Below are positions 30,214 through 40,109 of a DNA stretch of 64,000 nt, one piece after another. The notes beneath the pieces are model-generated. The model did no database searches and was not told where the DNA came from. It saw only the letters and a program-made list of their open reading frames with translations. The position numbers were made by a program, and so were the translations under genes. This DNA is from Candidatus Poribacteria bacterium (lineage in GTDB: Bacteria; Poribacteria; WGA-4E; WGA-3G), in NCBI GenBank assembly GCA_964291315.2, contig OZ219750.1, positions 64,001 through 128,000 on the forward strand, read 5' to 3'. Numbering within the stretch: position 1 is the first letter of the stretch; every line of letters starts with the position of its first letter.

Positions 30214-30285
30214 CAGGGCGGGTAGGATTCGAACCTACGCATGCAGGTTCCAAAGACCTGTGCCTTACCGCTTGGCCACCGCCCT
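30214..30285 (-). tRNA. tRNA-Gln (anticodon UUG); CCA not encoded
   Basis: Cloverleaf: acceptor AGGGCGG/CCGCCCT, D arm GCC..GGC, anticodon arm CAGGT-CTTTGGA-ACCTG, T arm GTAGG-TTCGAAT-CCTAC; G73 followed by CCT; usual position after ispE. Confidence 0.95.
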
Positions 30286-30293
30286 TTACGTTA

Positions 30294-31172
30294 TTAATAT
30301 ACATACACACCGACTGGGCTGGTTATCGTGGATGTGCAAAAACTGGCTGCAGGTTTGAAGTATGATTCGCTCCGCTGTGCGGTATCCGCATCATGCATGA
30401 GAGCGAACAGGGTAGCCCCGCTTCCTGACATCAATGCTCCATAACATCCAGGCTGCGTAGAAAGTTCATTTTTTAGCGCGAAAATCTCAGGATGTTGGGA
30501 AAAGGCTGGCACTTCAAGCAGGTTATAAAGATTTTCCCCGGTGCCAACGATATCCCCCTTCTCGATGTGATTCTTTATAATTATACATGTTTTTCCACGC
30601 CTTGTCAAGGGAAAATTTAGATTTCTAAAAACCGTTGCTGTTGAAATTTGAATGCCGGGGTTTAAAAGTAGGATAGATACATTAGAAAGCAGGGGGATCG
30701 GTGTAAGTCGATCGCCGATGCCGAGTCCTAGTGCGGCGCCGCCGTGCAGGCAAAACGGCACATCTGCGCCCAATTTTCCCCCGAGTTGCATGAGGCTCTG
30801 CTGTGTGAGCCCGAGTTCAAAAAGTTGGTTTATGCCGTGTAGAACAGCAGCTGCATTCGCGCTGCCTCCTGCGAGGCCGGCTGCGACAGGTATCCGTTTG
30901 TAGATGTCAATTGTGATGCCTCCGATACCGCCGACTGCGTCGCTAAGTTGCTGTGCTGCACGCGCTGCAAGATTGCGGGAGTCCGTTGGGACGTTTGGAT
31001 GTTCACAGTGAACTGTCACCCGTTTTGATGCCTGTTTGCGAATGATGACATCATCGTGCAATCGGATGGAGTGGAAGATTGTTTCGAGGGTGTGATAGCC
31101 GTCTTGGCGTTTTCCGACTACATCCAAGTAGAGATTGATTTTCGCATGTGAACGCAGGCGTATATCTTGCAT
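30294..31172 (-). CDS. ispE: 4-(cytidine 5'-diphospho)-2-C-methyl-D-erythritol kinase
   Basis: AKINLYL, DGYH, KRIPVAAGLAGGS, LGADVPF, MSGSG. Confidence 0.95.
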   Translation of the reverse strand: MQDIRLRSHAKINLYLDVVGKRQDGYHTLETIFHSIRLHDDVIIRKQASKRVTVHCEHPNVPTDSRNLAARAAQQLSDAVGGIGGITIDIYKRIPVAAGLAGGSANAAAVLHGINQLFELGLTQQSLMQLGGKLGADVPFCLHGGAALGLGIGDRLTPIPLLSNVSILLLNPGIQISTATVFRNLNFPLTRRGKTCIIIKNHIEKGDIVGTGENLYNLLEVPAFSQHPEIFALKNELSTQPGCYGALMSGSGATLFALMHDADTAQRSESYFKPAASFCTSTITSPVGVYVY

Positions 31173-31183
31173 GATTCTATATG

Positions 31184-32122
31184 CTATTGCGCTAGTTCGG
31201 AGAGTGGGATAATATCGATGTCTTCGCCGAGAAAGGGGTCTAGATTGAATTTACTGTCCTTAATTTCGACATTCAGTTGAACTTTGGCAATTTTGACAGC
31301 GACCCGTGTTTGTTCGAGGGGGCGTTCAATTTGGACGTTGTGTGCTCGGAGGATACCGCCTACCTCGCGATAATCGGAGAAGGCGGCGTGCTGTTGTAGG
31401 GTTCCATTTTCATCGTAGATATTCCACGCGGTGACCCGCGGTTCGTTGTCGCGGATAAGGATAGTAAGAGTCTCAACATGTCCTTCTTGAGCGCCGGTGC
31501 GTCTTATGTTAAACTTCGCCCCAGAACTTTCGATAGATATAAATTCATCGGTCCGCCCGTCAAGGAACGGGTTGGCGAAAATAGCGCTTAGTACGTCTGA
31601 TACCCGGAGGTCGATGCCGAAAATCTCTTGCAATGCCCCGTCAGACAGTGGCCCGAGGTAGGCTTTTTGCTCATTCAGCAGGGCAAGCATGAACTGATTT
31701 TCGTCTTGATTGGCGATCGCTACCCCGCGGGGTTCATTAAGGGGTCCTAATGCTTGAATCTGGAGCAATTCCCCACCGTTCTCGGATTTCTTATACCATA
31801 ACAGCTCTCGGATTTCCTCGCTTCGGTTGCGTTCCTCAATTGTTACCATCATCCGCGTTATTTTTAAGGAGCCTGTCAGGTCGTACCTGGCTTGCAGTGT
31901 GTTGAGAATGACATCTAATTCTGCGCGCGTTGCTGGCGAGAGCTCAACGCTTTTCGTACTGCTCCAACAGCCAAAGAGAGCAGTAAAGAGAAGACAGAAA
32001 AGACACATCTTTTTCCGGGCAGTGAGGTGCCGCAAGCCGGCGGGTAGGGTCCGGTTGGATGAAAAGATGGCGGGCCGTCTATTGGTTCTGTGTGTGCAGC
32101 CTCTAGGGGTTCGGTGTGGCAT
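31184..32122 (-). CDS. Lipoprotein, putative LolA/LolB-fold (DUF4292-like)
   Basis: Lipobox LFGC; beta-rich; C-terminal FSDYREVGG...LNVEIKDSKF; occupies the lolB position upstream of ispE; start may be 32008. Confidence 0.55.
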   Translation of the reverse strand: MPHRTPRGCTHRTNRRPAIFSSNRTLPAGLRHLTARKKMCLFCLLFTALFGCWSSTKSVELSPATRAELDVILNTLQARYDLTGSLKITRMMVTIEERNRSEEIRELLWYKKSENGGELLQIQALGPLNEPRGVAIANQDENQFMLALLNEQKAYLGPLSDGALQEIFGIDLRVSDVLSAIFANPFLDGRTDEFISIESSGAKFNIRRTGAQEGHVETLTILIRDNEPRVTAWNIYDENGTLQQHAAFSDYREVGGILRAHNVQIERPLEQTRVAVKIAKVQLNVEIKDSKFNLDPFLGEDIDIIPLSELAQ

Positions 32123-33313
32123 TTAAAGGACTTCCGACATCGATTTCTCAACAATGCCTACAGCTTCCTCAACATGACCTGAGTTGATGTTCAGGGGTGG
32201 TAAGAAACGAAGCACGTAATCGTTGGTGCATATTGTGATCAGTCCGTTTTCTATGCATTTCGCTGCGATCGGTTTGGCATCGATGTCCATGACCAAGCCG
32301 CGGAGCAGGCCTTTACCCCGGATGTGCTTGATTGGATACTTGTCTTTGAGTTCTCTCAGTCCGCCAGCGAGGTAATTCCCCATTTTGATTGCGTTCACGG
32401 TGAGGTTTTCGTCTAAGATGGTTTTGACGGTTGCTGCTGCTGCTGCGGTGACTAACGGGTTTCCGCCGAACGTTGCGGCGTGAGTGCCGGGCACGAGGCT
32501 TTCTGCTATGTGCCGTTTCGCCAACATTGCGCCGATCGGTACTCCGCTGCCGAGTGCCTTTGCGATCGTAATTACATCAGGCACAACCCCGTAGCTTTGA
32601 TACCCGAAGAGGGTTCCTAATCTTCCCATTGCCGTCTGTACTTCGTCGAAGATGAGTAAGAGGTTATGTTGGTTGCAGATTTCACGCAACCCTTGGAGGT
32701 ACCCGTCGCTGGGCGTATTAACGCCGCCCTCGGACTGAATGGGTTCAACTAAAATAGCGCAGGTATTTGAGTTGACAGCGGTTTCGGTCGCCTCAAGATC
32801 GTCGAAGGGAACGTATGTGAATCCTTCAAGCATCGGTTCAAACCCGGTGTGATATTTCGTCTGTGCAGTGGCGGTGATAGTTGCCATTGTCCGGCCATGG
32901 AATGAATTTTCCATGGTGATGATTTCATAGGCATCTGTTCTGCCGGTGTTTTTGGTGTATATCCGTGCGATCTTAATAGCGGCTTCATTCGCTTCGGCCC
33001 CACTATTACAGAAGAAACACTGATCCATGTCGGAGTTGTCGATAAGCAGTTTTGCGAGTTCTGCTTGTGCTTGTATGTAATAGAGGTTAGAGGTGTGCAG
33101 GAGCTTACCTGCTTGTTCGCGGATGGCAGCAACAACCTTGGGGTGGCAATGCCCTAAGCCATTAACGGCGAGACCGCCGAGGAAGTCGAGGTATTTTTTA
33201 CCATCTGCGTCCCACAAGTAGGGTCCCTCGCCTTTAACGAAAGCTAAATTTCTGTCGCCGTAGGTATTGATGATATATTCAGTGGCCATCGCTTTGATTT
33301 CAGCGGTTGTCAT
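32123..33313 (-). CDS. argD: Acetylornithine aminotransferase
   Basis: NSGAEANEAAIK, SFHGRT, FDEVQT, AKALG, TFGGNP. Confidence 0.9.
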   Translation of the reverse strand: MTTAEIKAMATEYIINTYGDRNLAFVKGEGPYLWDADGKKYLDFLGGLAVNGLGHCHPKVVAAIREQAGKLLHTSNLYYIQAQAELAKLLIDNSDMDQCFFCNSGAEANEAAIKIARIYTKNTGRTDAYEIITMENSFHGRTMATITATAQTKYHTGFEPMLEGFTYVPFDDLEATETAVNSNTCAILVEPIQSEGGVNTPSDGYLQGLREICNQHNLLLIFDEVQTAMGRLGTLFGYQSYGVVPDVITIAKALGSGVPIGAMLAKRHIAESLVPGTHAATFGGNPLVTAAAAATVKTILDENLTVNAIKMGNYLAGGLRELKDKYPIKHIRGKGLLRGLVMDIDAKPIAAKCIENGLITICTNDYVLRFLPPLNINSGHVEEAVGIVEKSMSEVL

Positions 33314-33469
33314 TTAATTTTCTCCTTTTCGGTTTACGATTATAGATAAGTAGTCAGCAAGCGACCTATAGATCGGTTACAGACGCTAATTGTTTGTATG
33401 CCACATCCTGAAGTTTACGGTTGCTGAGAGAGCCGATAGTTTCGGGTAGCCGTTCTGCTACTTTTTAGA

Positions 33470-34603
33470 TTACCAGTTAGTATAAGCACCGTCATCGCGT
33501 TGATAACCGTGCGGTGGTTCATATTTTTGTGTTGACACGTTAGTGAGTGCGTCCTCGTTGAACTCGATCCCGAGTCCGGGGCGTTCCGGGGGTAGGAGAT
33601 ACCCGGATTCAAAAGGTACTTGTACGGGGAAAACGTCGGTGAGTGAAGACATCGGGGTGCGCGGTAGTTCTTGCACGCCGACGAGCGGTGAGGCGAGGCA
33701 GAGGTGTAGGCATGCTGCAGCGGATACGGGGCCTAACGGGTTATGTGGTGCAATAGAGATGTAATGTGTTTCACACCAGCTGGTGATCTTACGTGCCTCC
33801 GTCAGTCCACCTGCGATGCACAGATCGACGCGGCAGTAGTCGATAAGGTCCTCCTCGATGACCTGGCGGAAGCTCCATTTGCTATCAAATTGCTCCCCCG
33901 CGGCAATTGGGACGGTGGTCTGCTGGCGGATCCGTCTGAGACTGGTGGGATTTTCACTGCGAAGCGGGTCCTCAATGAAAAACGGGTTGTAAGAGGCGAT
34001 CTTGTTGCAGAAATTGAGGCTATCAGCTGGATCGAGTCGTGTGTGCACGTCGACGAGTATTTCCACATCGTCGCCTAACGCTTTTCGGACAGCTTGCACC
34101 TGCTGGATGCCGTTTTTGATGGCGCGTTTGGGTTCAAATGTACCGGTGTCTGTGCCGTCAGCTAGGCCCCATCGGACGAACTTCCAACCGGCTGCGTGTG
34201 TATTTTTACAATTTTCAACCAGTGCGTCGATTGAGTTGCCGGCGTTATGTGGGTAGCAGACGACTTTATCCCTTGTGCGTCCGCCTAAGAGTTCATAGAC
34301 GGGAACGTTGAGAGCTTTTCCTTTGATGTCCCAGAGCGCGATATCTACGGCGCTGAGTGCTGCGGTTTGAACTACTCCGCCGGGGAAAAAACCGCCTCGG
34401 AACATCATTTGCCACAGATGTTCGATCCGGAACGGGTCTGCCCCGATAAGGAAGGGTTCAAACGAACGAATGACTTCGGCTAATGCAAGAGAACGGCGCC
34501 GGAGCCCGCCTTCGCCGACCCCGTAGATTCCGGTATCGGTTTCGACCTTCACAAAGAAATGGCTGTCGGCTGAAACAAAAGACTTTACATTCGTAATTTT
34601 CAT
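33470..34603 (-). CDS. Mandelate racemase/enolase-superfamily dehydratase (galactonate dehydratase-like)
   Basis: DIALWDIKGK, VDVH, FIEDP, AAGE, APHNP. Confidence 0.88.
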   Translation of the reverse strand: MKITNVKSFVSADSHFFVKVETDTGIYGVGEGGLRRRSLALAEVIRSFEPFLIGADPFRIEHLWQMMFRGGFFPGGVVQTAALSAVDIALWDIKGKALNVPVYELLGGRTRDKVVCYPHNAGNSIDALVENCKNTHAAGWKFVRWGLADGTDTGTFEPKRAIKNGIQQVQAVRKALGDDVEILVDVHTRLDPADSLNFCNKIASYNPFFIEDPLRSENPTSLRRIRQQTTVPIAAGEQFDSKWSFRQVIEEDLIDYCRVDLCIAGGLTEARKITSWCETHYISIAPHNPLGPVSAAACLHLCLASPLVGVQELPRTPMSSLTDVFPVQVPFESGYLLPPERPGLGIEFNEDALTNVSTQKYEPPHGYQRDDGAYTNW

Positions 34604-34642
34604 TTTTTTTGTACCTCACATTTATCTAACGCAAAGGATACG

Positions 34643-35449
34643 CTAAACGGCATCCACTGTTGGTGTATTGTCTTGGCAGTGGACGGGTCGGAAGAGCGTT
34701 TGCCGTTTGAATGGCATCTCTTTGACGTGCTTAGGATGTGGTTGCCACTTGTGCCATTTGTTCCCGATAGTATTGTAGCAGTGGAAAATTGCCACTCGAT
34801 CTAGTGCTTCATTGGTCCATCTTGCGCCGGTATGTGTAATTGCCTCTGTGAAGATAAGCAGCGAGCCTGGTGGACATGTATAATCCTCCCACAGAGGAGA
34901 ATTGCGGTTGGCGGTTGATTTCGGTGCGGGGAATGCGCCTTTGTGGCTGCCAGTAAGAAACATCGTTCCGCCGCCGCCTTTATGAACGGGGTTGAGTTCC
35001 CAGACGACGCGAGTCAAGCCGCTATGTGCCTTGTTGTGGTGTAGATGATAGGTATGTGAATTGCCGGGGAAGTTAAGCATGCCCTGTCCGCCGTGTGGGC
35101 GGAAGTTGTCGTGCCCGTTCGGGCGAATGGTTAAGAACGTACCTTCGAGCCGGAAGCCGTAGCAATTATCGTTGGCATACCCGGATGTTAGAAACTCGTT
35201 CATAAATCCGAGTACGACTGGATGATCGGTCAGTCTCTCCAAGGGTCCGCCGATGGGGGAGCGATGGTGTTCATGGATCGATTCTGGGGCCTGTTTGAGT
35301 TGGTAACAGAATTGGCGCATCTCTTTGGCTTCTACATCGCTGAGTACAGCGGGGAGTAAGAGCCATCCGCGTGTATCAAAGAGAAACCGTTGCTCTTCAG
35401 TGAGCGGGGTTGGCGGTAGATTGTCAGCGTTTGTTGTAGGATTCGGCAT
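34643..35449 (-). CDS. PhyH-like Fe(II)/2-oxoglutarate oxygenase with HxG in place of HxD
   Basis: FDTRGWLLL, GSHK, GSLLIFTEAITH, R-x-A; first ligand motif reads PHGG. Confidence 0.8.
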   Translation of the reverse strand: MPNPTTNADNLPPTPLTEEQRFLFDTRGWLLLPAVLSDVEAKEMRQFCYQLKQAPESIHEHHRSPIGGPLERLTDHPVVLGFMNEFLTSGYANDNCYGFRLEGTFLTIRPNGHDNFRPHGGQGMLNFPGNSHTYHLHHNKAHSGLTRVVWELNPVHKGGGGTMFLTGSHKGAFPAPKSTANRNSPLWEDYTCPPGSLLIFTEAITHTGARWTNEALDRVAIFHCYNTIGNKWHKWQPHPKHVKEMPFKRQTLFRPVHCQDNTPTVDAV

Positions 35450-35483
35450 AGTTTTTCCTCTGTTGGTTTAAAGGCGTTGGGTT

Positions 35484-36647
35484 TCATTGATAGAGGCGTT
35501 TGTTTTCAAGAGCGAGCCAAGTGCCATAATCGCGGGGCATCTGTGCTATCTCGCCTAAGCCGGCTTCCGCCCGCCAATGCAATAGCGGATGCTCCCGATT
35601 TTTCTGCGGCAGATCGACTCGCCTGCCATAAACTGCCGATTCGAAGATAGCCATTAGAATCTCAATGACGTGGCGTCCTGCTTCGCCATTAGACTGGTGG
35701 TCTCGGTTTTCGTCTAGTGCATTCACGTAAGCGTCTACGAAGCAGTAATCGTCAGCGTCTGCTCCTGTCTCGGGGTCAAAATGTGTTGGGTAGATAGCTG
35801 TGAGTGGCTGCCACTGGTCGTTTATTCCATCTGGGACGAAATGCGGTGTGGGGAGCCACCATGCTCCTTTCAATTCCGACCACAGCAGTCTGCCTTCAGT
35901 GCCGTAGAGTTCCATGACATAAGCGTCGGTATCGACTTTTGGGAATCTGTGCTGCAGGAGGGTTCCGGTAACATTTCCTTCGAATTGGAGCGTTGCGGTG
36001 ACGTATTCGCCTGCGACTGTGCCCATGCCTGCGGGTGCAGGAAGCACATCTTCATGGTGGATGCTGCGTCCGCCGGTCGTTGCTTGTGTTATGACACTTC
36101 GGCACTTCTGGCCGAAACGGAGCATATTGTTGATGACATGTGTTCCGATGTTCATTAATCCGTAGCCGGCGTAGTAGCCTTTTCCGCTGGCGTAGATGTA
36201 GCGGAGTTCGCCGATTGTTCCGGCTTCGAAGACTTTCGCAATTGCCTGCATTGATGCCCCGGTGCGTCGTTGATGGTGTACGGCGACGCGAGCGTTCTTC
36301 TCTTTCGCCTTTGCTAGGAGGGCGTCTGCTTGGACGAGGTCGATGCAGAGCGGTTTTTCCACCTCGATGTTCACGCCGTGTTCGAGCACACGCATACAAA
36401 GAGGGTAGTGTGTCTCTGTTGCTGTGGAGATGGCGACAATATCGGGGTTGGTTCGTCGAATCATCTCGTCTAAATCGGTGAAGTGTGCTGAGGCGGGTAC
36501 GTTCAAGATGTCGCCGAGGGTCTTTAACCGGTCTTGAACGAGATCGCAGAGTGCCACGATTTGGGTGCGCGGGTGTGCGTGATACGCCTTTGCGGCAGAA
36601 GTGCCTCGGCTTCGGCATCCTAATATTGCGACGCGATAAGTTTTCAT
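35484..36647 (-). CDS. Gfo/Idh/MocA family oxidoreductase
   Basis: MKTYRVAILGC, EKP, HHQRR, GTH. Confidence 0.88.
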   Translation of the reverse strand: MKTYRVAILGCRSRGTSAAKAYHAHPRTQIVALCDLVQDRLKTLGDILNVPASAHFTDLDEMIRRTNPDIVAISTATETHYPLCMRVLEHGVNIEVEKPLCIDLVQADALLAKAKEKNARVAVHHQRRTGASMQAIAKVFEAGTIGELRYIYASGKGYYAGYGLMNIGTHVINNMLRFGQKCRSVITQATTGGRSIHHEDVLPAPAGMGTVAGEYVTATLQFEGNVTGTLLQHRFPKVDTDAYVMELYGTEGRLLWSELKGAWWLPTPHFVPDGINDQWQPLTAIYPTHFDPETGADADDYCFVDAYVNALDENRDHQSNGEAGRHVIEILMAIFESAVYGRRVDLPQKNREHPLLHWRAEAGLGEIAQMPRDYGTWLALENKRLYQ

Positions 36648-36677
36648 GATGTCTCCTAATCTCGGAAACCTATGGAT

Positions 36678-36734
36678 GCACAATCTAACAGATTATGCTA
36701 CAAGAGCTATTGCACGACCTAACGGGTTATGCTA
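36678..36734 (-). repeat. Two tandem GTAG-type REP-like units
   Basis: gcacaatctaacagattatgctacaag and gcacgacctaacgggttatgcta. Confidence 0.65.
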
Positions 36735-36859
36735 ATAAGGTTGCCGTGCGTAAGTTTTAATCTTAATATATTTAGACTCCGTTGTCAAGTTTTTTCTCGG
36801 ATGGATAGTGCAAGCCGTATCTATAAACATTTCCGCATGTAGGATCGATTGCTCGTCTC

Positions 36860-37237
36860 TTAGGATTTGTCGGGGTTCTTTTTCAGGTTAGTTTTCGGTT
36901 TCCACTCGCGGATAATTTCGGTTTCTAACAAAACCGTTTCGTCAGCGTTTTCTGTAAATTGTACCGAAAATTGAATGATAGGTCGAAACAGCCGAATCTG
37001 TGAACTCAGCTCATCGTTCTGTGCATTTGTGGAGTGTTCTAACAATCGTCTGCGCACACAGGTTGTGGATTCTCCAACATAGAGACACTCGTTCCGGCCT
37101 TCAATCCCAGTTTTCCGCCATAACGCGTACACTCCACTGCGGCGAGTCGGCAGTTGTAGAATCTCCGCTCGTGTGAACGGGCGGAGGTTACGCTTGAGTC
37201 GATACCGCAGGATGTAAGGAGTAAGTGTGTCACACAT
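36860..37237 (-). CDS. Small GIY-YIG nuclease domain protein
   Basis: SGVYAL...LYVGES...VRRRLLEH...LETEII...PKTN; start uncertain (37237 or 37270). Confidence 0.8.
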   Translation of the reverse strand: MCDTLTPYILRYRLKRNLRPFTRAEILQLPTRRSGVYALWRKTGIEGRNECLYVGESTTCVRRRLLEHSTNAQNDELSSQIRLFRPIIQFSVQFTENADETVLLETEIIREWKPKTNLKKNPDKS

Positions 37238-37287
37238 GAAAGCAGCTCTAGATGTGTGCTGGTGCAGCACTTAAAAAAATTCGCCTT

Positions 37288-37311
37288 GCACAACCTAACG
37301 GGTGGTGCTAC
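37288..37311 (-). repeat. GTAG-type REP-like unit whose TAG is the stop codon of the DUF1156 gene
   Basis: gcacaacctaacgggtggtgctac; cta at 37308-37310. Confidence 0.6.
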
Positions 37312-40109
37312 GAACCTGAATTAAAATCCGCCTCTATCTGCTCAGGAGAGCCCATCGCTCGATAGATATACGTCCATTCCGTCACCAAGTAGTTATACTG
37401 CGACGCAGCCTCCGTATCGCCTAACGCCTCATAGTGGTTGTATAATATCAGGGCCAAACGTCTCGCTCCATCATAATCACGCATCAAGCGCGCAACCCGC
37501 GCGCAACCCTGAATACCACCGCTGAACTCACTGTGAGACAGATGCCAGGCCATCCGAAGACACCCCTCCCACGACGACATCTCTCGGCGCTCCTCGCGAT
37601 CCGCGTATTCCTCCGATCTCAACAGACGCACGCTGCCCGGAGACGACAGCAGCAGCGTGTCGTGCATCGCCTCGATATGAACGCCCTTCGCCTTTGAAAG
37701 TGCCTCGGCATCCCCAAAACTGCCCGCCGAGTAGCCGTGTTGCCGCAGCCAGGTCAGACAGAACTGCGTCTCTGGATCGAGTTGTCCCATCACCTTCTCG
37801 TGATAAGCGGTAATTGCGTTGTTGATGTGCAGCAGTGCCTCTCGTATGGAGACGACTTCGCCGCTCATGCGCGTCACGCTGCGATAGCGGGAGTAGATCT
37901 CCATGCCTGGGCCGATGGCGGCTTGTGCCAAGTCGACGGGTCTGATGTTTGCGATGCGGGTGAGCCGTTCGAGAGCAGCGGGCATCTCGTGTTCCAGGGC
38001 GCGTATGAAGGCGTTTCTGTCGCTGCGGGGTGCGTCCTCGGGACGCGGTCTGCACACCAACAAGATAGAGGATGCCAAAGCGTTCGTCACTGTCTTTAGA
38101 CCTGTAGTTCTCTCTGTGCGCAGGGGCCAGGTGGCGACGATCTGAAAGCCGGCGTTGATAGTTGCCTCCAGCATCGTCTCCCATCCGGTGGAGGTTTTTC
38201 CGCCTTGTTCTTTTTCCTGCTGTTTATAGGCGTAGAAAATAGACGCAGGGTATTCGTCTGAACAGTAGCGGCGCATCTGCCGAAACGACTTGCTGAGTAA
38301 GTCTTCAAAATGCTGTTTTGGGTTTTCAAACCGTGGAATGGCGGTTATTTCCTCTGCCTTTGGTGTTGTCATGCCGGCGAACAGTTCTGGATAGGTGTTG
38401 CGCAAGAGCGGTCTGAGCCAGACGTAGAAGAAGTCGGAGAGGTCTGCGAAGCCGATATTATCGTAGTAAGGGGGATCGGTGATGATAACGGGTGCATCTT
38501 GGACGTACTGTGTGGTGCACACATTTGCTTGGGACACCTCGCCGGGGTTTGCAGAGGCGGGCAGCTTCTCTACTACCTTTGCAACCCATTCTACTTGTGC
38601 TGTCCAATTCTGTGTAGATGTGGAAAAGGGATTGGCTTCAACGAAACCCCAAGTCATCGGAATCGCATGCCGTGAGAAGAGGGGTGGAATTGCTTCCGAT
38701 CCGTTTTCCCACCATGTAAAGCTGCACCCACTCTCCGCGGTCCTGCCGATAGCGACTGAGAGATAGGTGGAAACCGCATCGGCATACTGGTTTTCTGCTC
38801 CGTCCTCTCTCATGCGTTTGTGAACCTCTGACAATAGGTCAGAGAAGGTGTTGAGTGCTGTCAACTGCCGTTCTGTGAAAAGTTGGTGCCAGTTGGTGAA
38901 ACCGTAAAGCTGCGGACTTATGCTTATTCCCTGCGTCGGCAGCTTGCCTCTGGGTCTCCAACTCGGTTCAGCCGATTGGGCAACCTGAATATGAGCGGCA
39001 GTAGGAGATAGGAACACTTTTCTGCTGTCCCCCTCAGCGACTATTGCTGTCATTGTCTCTCCGATCTTGCCCGATTTCCCCTGCTCCCGGAGGTAAGGCA
39101 ACTTCGCAGCCGCACCGCAACCGCAACAATACGCACCCGTGCGCATCACCGTGGGGGCAGGCAACCCGGCAGCGTCGGTCTGCACCTGCCACGATATGCT
39201 ATTCGTCTCTCTGTCAACCACCGGCTTAATGTAGTGCTCATGTCCCTTCTTTTTCGACAACTGGAACGTCTTTATCAACGGTATCTGTAGACCGCAAGCG
39301 GGGTTAATACACAGCACCGTGCGCGCCCAGAGCCACGCAACCACAGTAGCTGAAGTGCCGTCGTGCAACTGCACCTTCGGATAGAGATGCCCAATCCGTT
39401 TGTATGCCTGCTCGCGCATCCAGGCACCATAGTAGCGGATGTCCGCTGCTAATCCCGCAGTGCCTCTCCAAGGCGCGCGAACCGTGCTTTTGCTATTGTT
39501 TGTGAACATGTGCATCGGATCCGCCTCTGGGTTGACCGGTTGCTGATCGTGGAACTTCGGTGGCAGTTCAATCATCGCCTTGTTCAGTAGCACCGGGAGC
39601 GGGTTCAGGTCGGAGCCTCGTGCGTTTAGTCCTAAGCGTTGTGCCTCAAGCGGAACCGAGCCGCCGCCACAGAAGGGATCGTAGACAGCGGGGGCATGTT
39701 GGCGCAGATACCGCAAAACCGCCTCTGGATTCTCTTTGTGCCGCTCACGAAACTCGGTGAGGTCTTCTCCGTTGTTGCGGGCAACGGAGAGGGCGATCTC
39801 ATAGCGTGCCTCTGCCAGCAGGTTCTCATTGTTGCTGTTCTGCCAGATGACAAGCCGTTTAATGATGTCGTAGAGTCGGTCGCGTTCGGCTCCCTGTTCA
39901 TCTTCGGTTGGAAATTCGTCCTCACATTCGGCGGGATCGTCGACGAAGCTGGCGAAGACAATGGCGCGGCAGGCGGCGATCGGTCGACGCGCCCAGTAGC
40001 GGTGCAACGTTGAGGGGTGTCCGTGTGTCAGCGCAGCATCCTTTGCAGATTCTATATTGATATCTTGGAGCGGTATATTGACTTCGATGAGTTTTTTGCG
40101 GTGCGTCAT
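37308..40109 (-). CDS. DUF1156-family adenine DNA methyltransferase with a zinc ribbon
   Basis: KKLIEV, LHRYWARRP, DPFCGGGS, CINPAC...CCGCG, TDPPYYDNI, SDFFYVWLR, TWPLRTE. Confidence 0.9.
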   Translation of the reverse strand: MTHRKKLIEVNIPLQDINIESAKDAALTHGHPSTLHRYWARRPIAACRAIVFASFVDDPAECEDEFPTEDEQGAERDRLYDIIKRLVIWQNSNNENLLAEARYEIALSVARNNGEDLTEFRERHKENPEAVLRYLRQHAPAVYDPFCGGGSVPLEAQRLGLNARGSDLNPLPVLLNKAMIELPPKFHDQQPVNPEADPMHMFTNNSKSTVRAPWRGTAGLAADIRYYGAWMREQAYKRIGHLYPKVQLHDGTSATVVAWLWARTVLCINPACGLQIPLIKTFQLSKKKGHEHYIKPVVDRETNSISWQVQTDAAGLPAPTVMRTGAYCCGCGAAAKLPYLREQGKSGKIGETMTAIVAEGDSRKVFLSPTAAHIQVAQSAEPSWRPRGKLPTQGISISPQLYGFTNWHQLFTERQLTALNTFSDLLSEVHKRMREDGAENQYADAVSTYLSVAIGRTAESGCSFTWWENGSEAIPPLFSRHAIPMTWGFVEANPFSTSTQNWTAQVEWVAKVVEKLPASANPGEVSQANVCTTQYVQDAPVIITDPPYYDNIGFADLSDFFYVWLRPLLRNTYPELFAGMTTPKAEEITAIPRFENPKQHFEDLLSKSFRQMRRYCSDEYPASIFYAYKQQEKEQGGKTSTGWETMLEATINAGFQIVATWPLRTERTTGLKTVTNALASSILLVCRPRPEDAPRSDRNAFIRALEHEMPAALERLTRIANIRPVDLAQAAIGPGMEIYSRYRSVTRMSGEVVSIREALLHINNAITAYHEKVMGQLDPETQFCLTWLRQHGYSAGSFGDAEALSKAKGVHIEAMHDTLLLSSPGSVRLLRSEEYADREERREMSSWEGCLRMAWHLSHSEFSGGIQGCARVARLMRDYDGARRLALILYNHYEALGDTEAASQYNYLVTEWTYIYRAMGSPEQIEADFNSGS

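Noticed and set aside
30100-30300. tRNA-targeted integrative element
   Set aside because: No duplicated tRNA 3' end and no integrase; the flanks are housekeeping genes.
36052-38184. Long alternative-frame Arg-rich ORFs (36052-36618, 37528-38184)
   Set aside because: Entirely nested in well-supported genes, with composition typical of off-frame reading.
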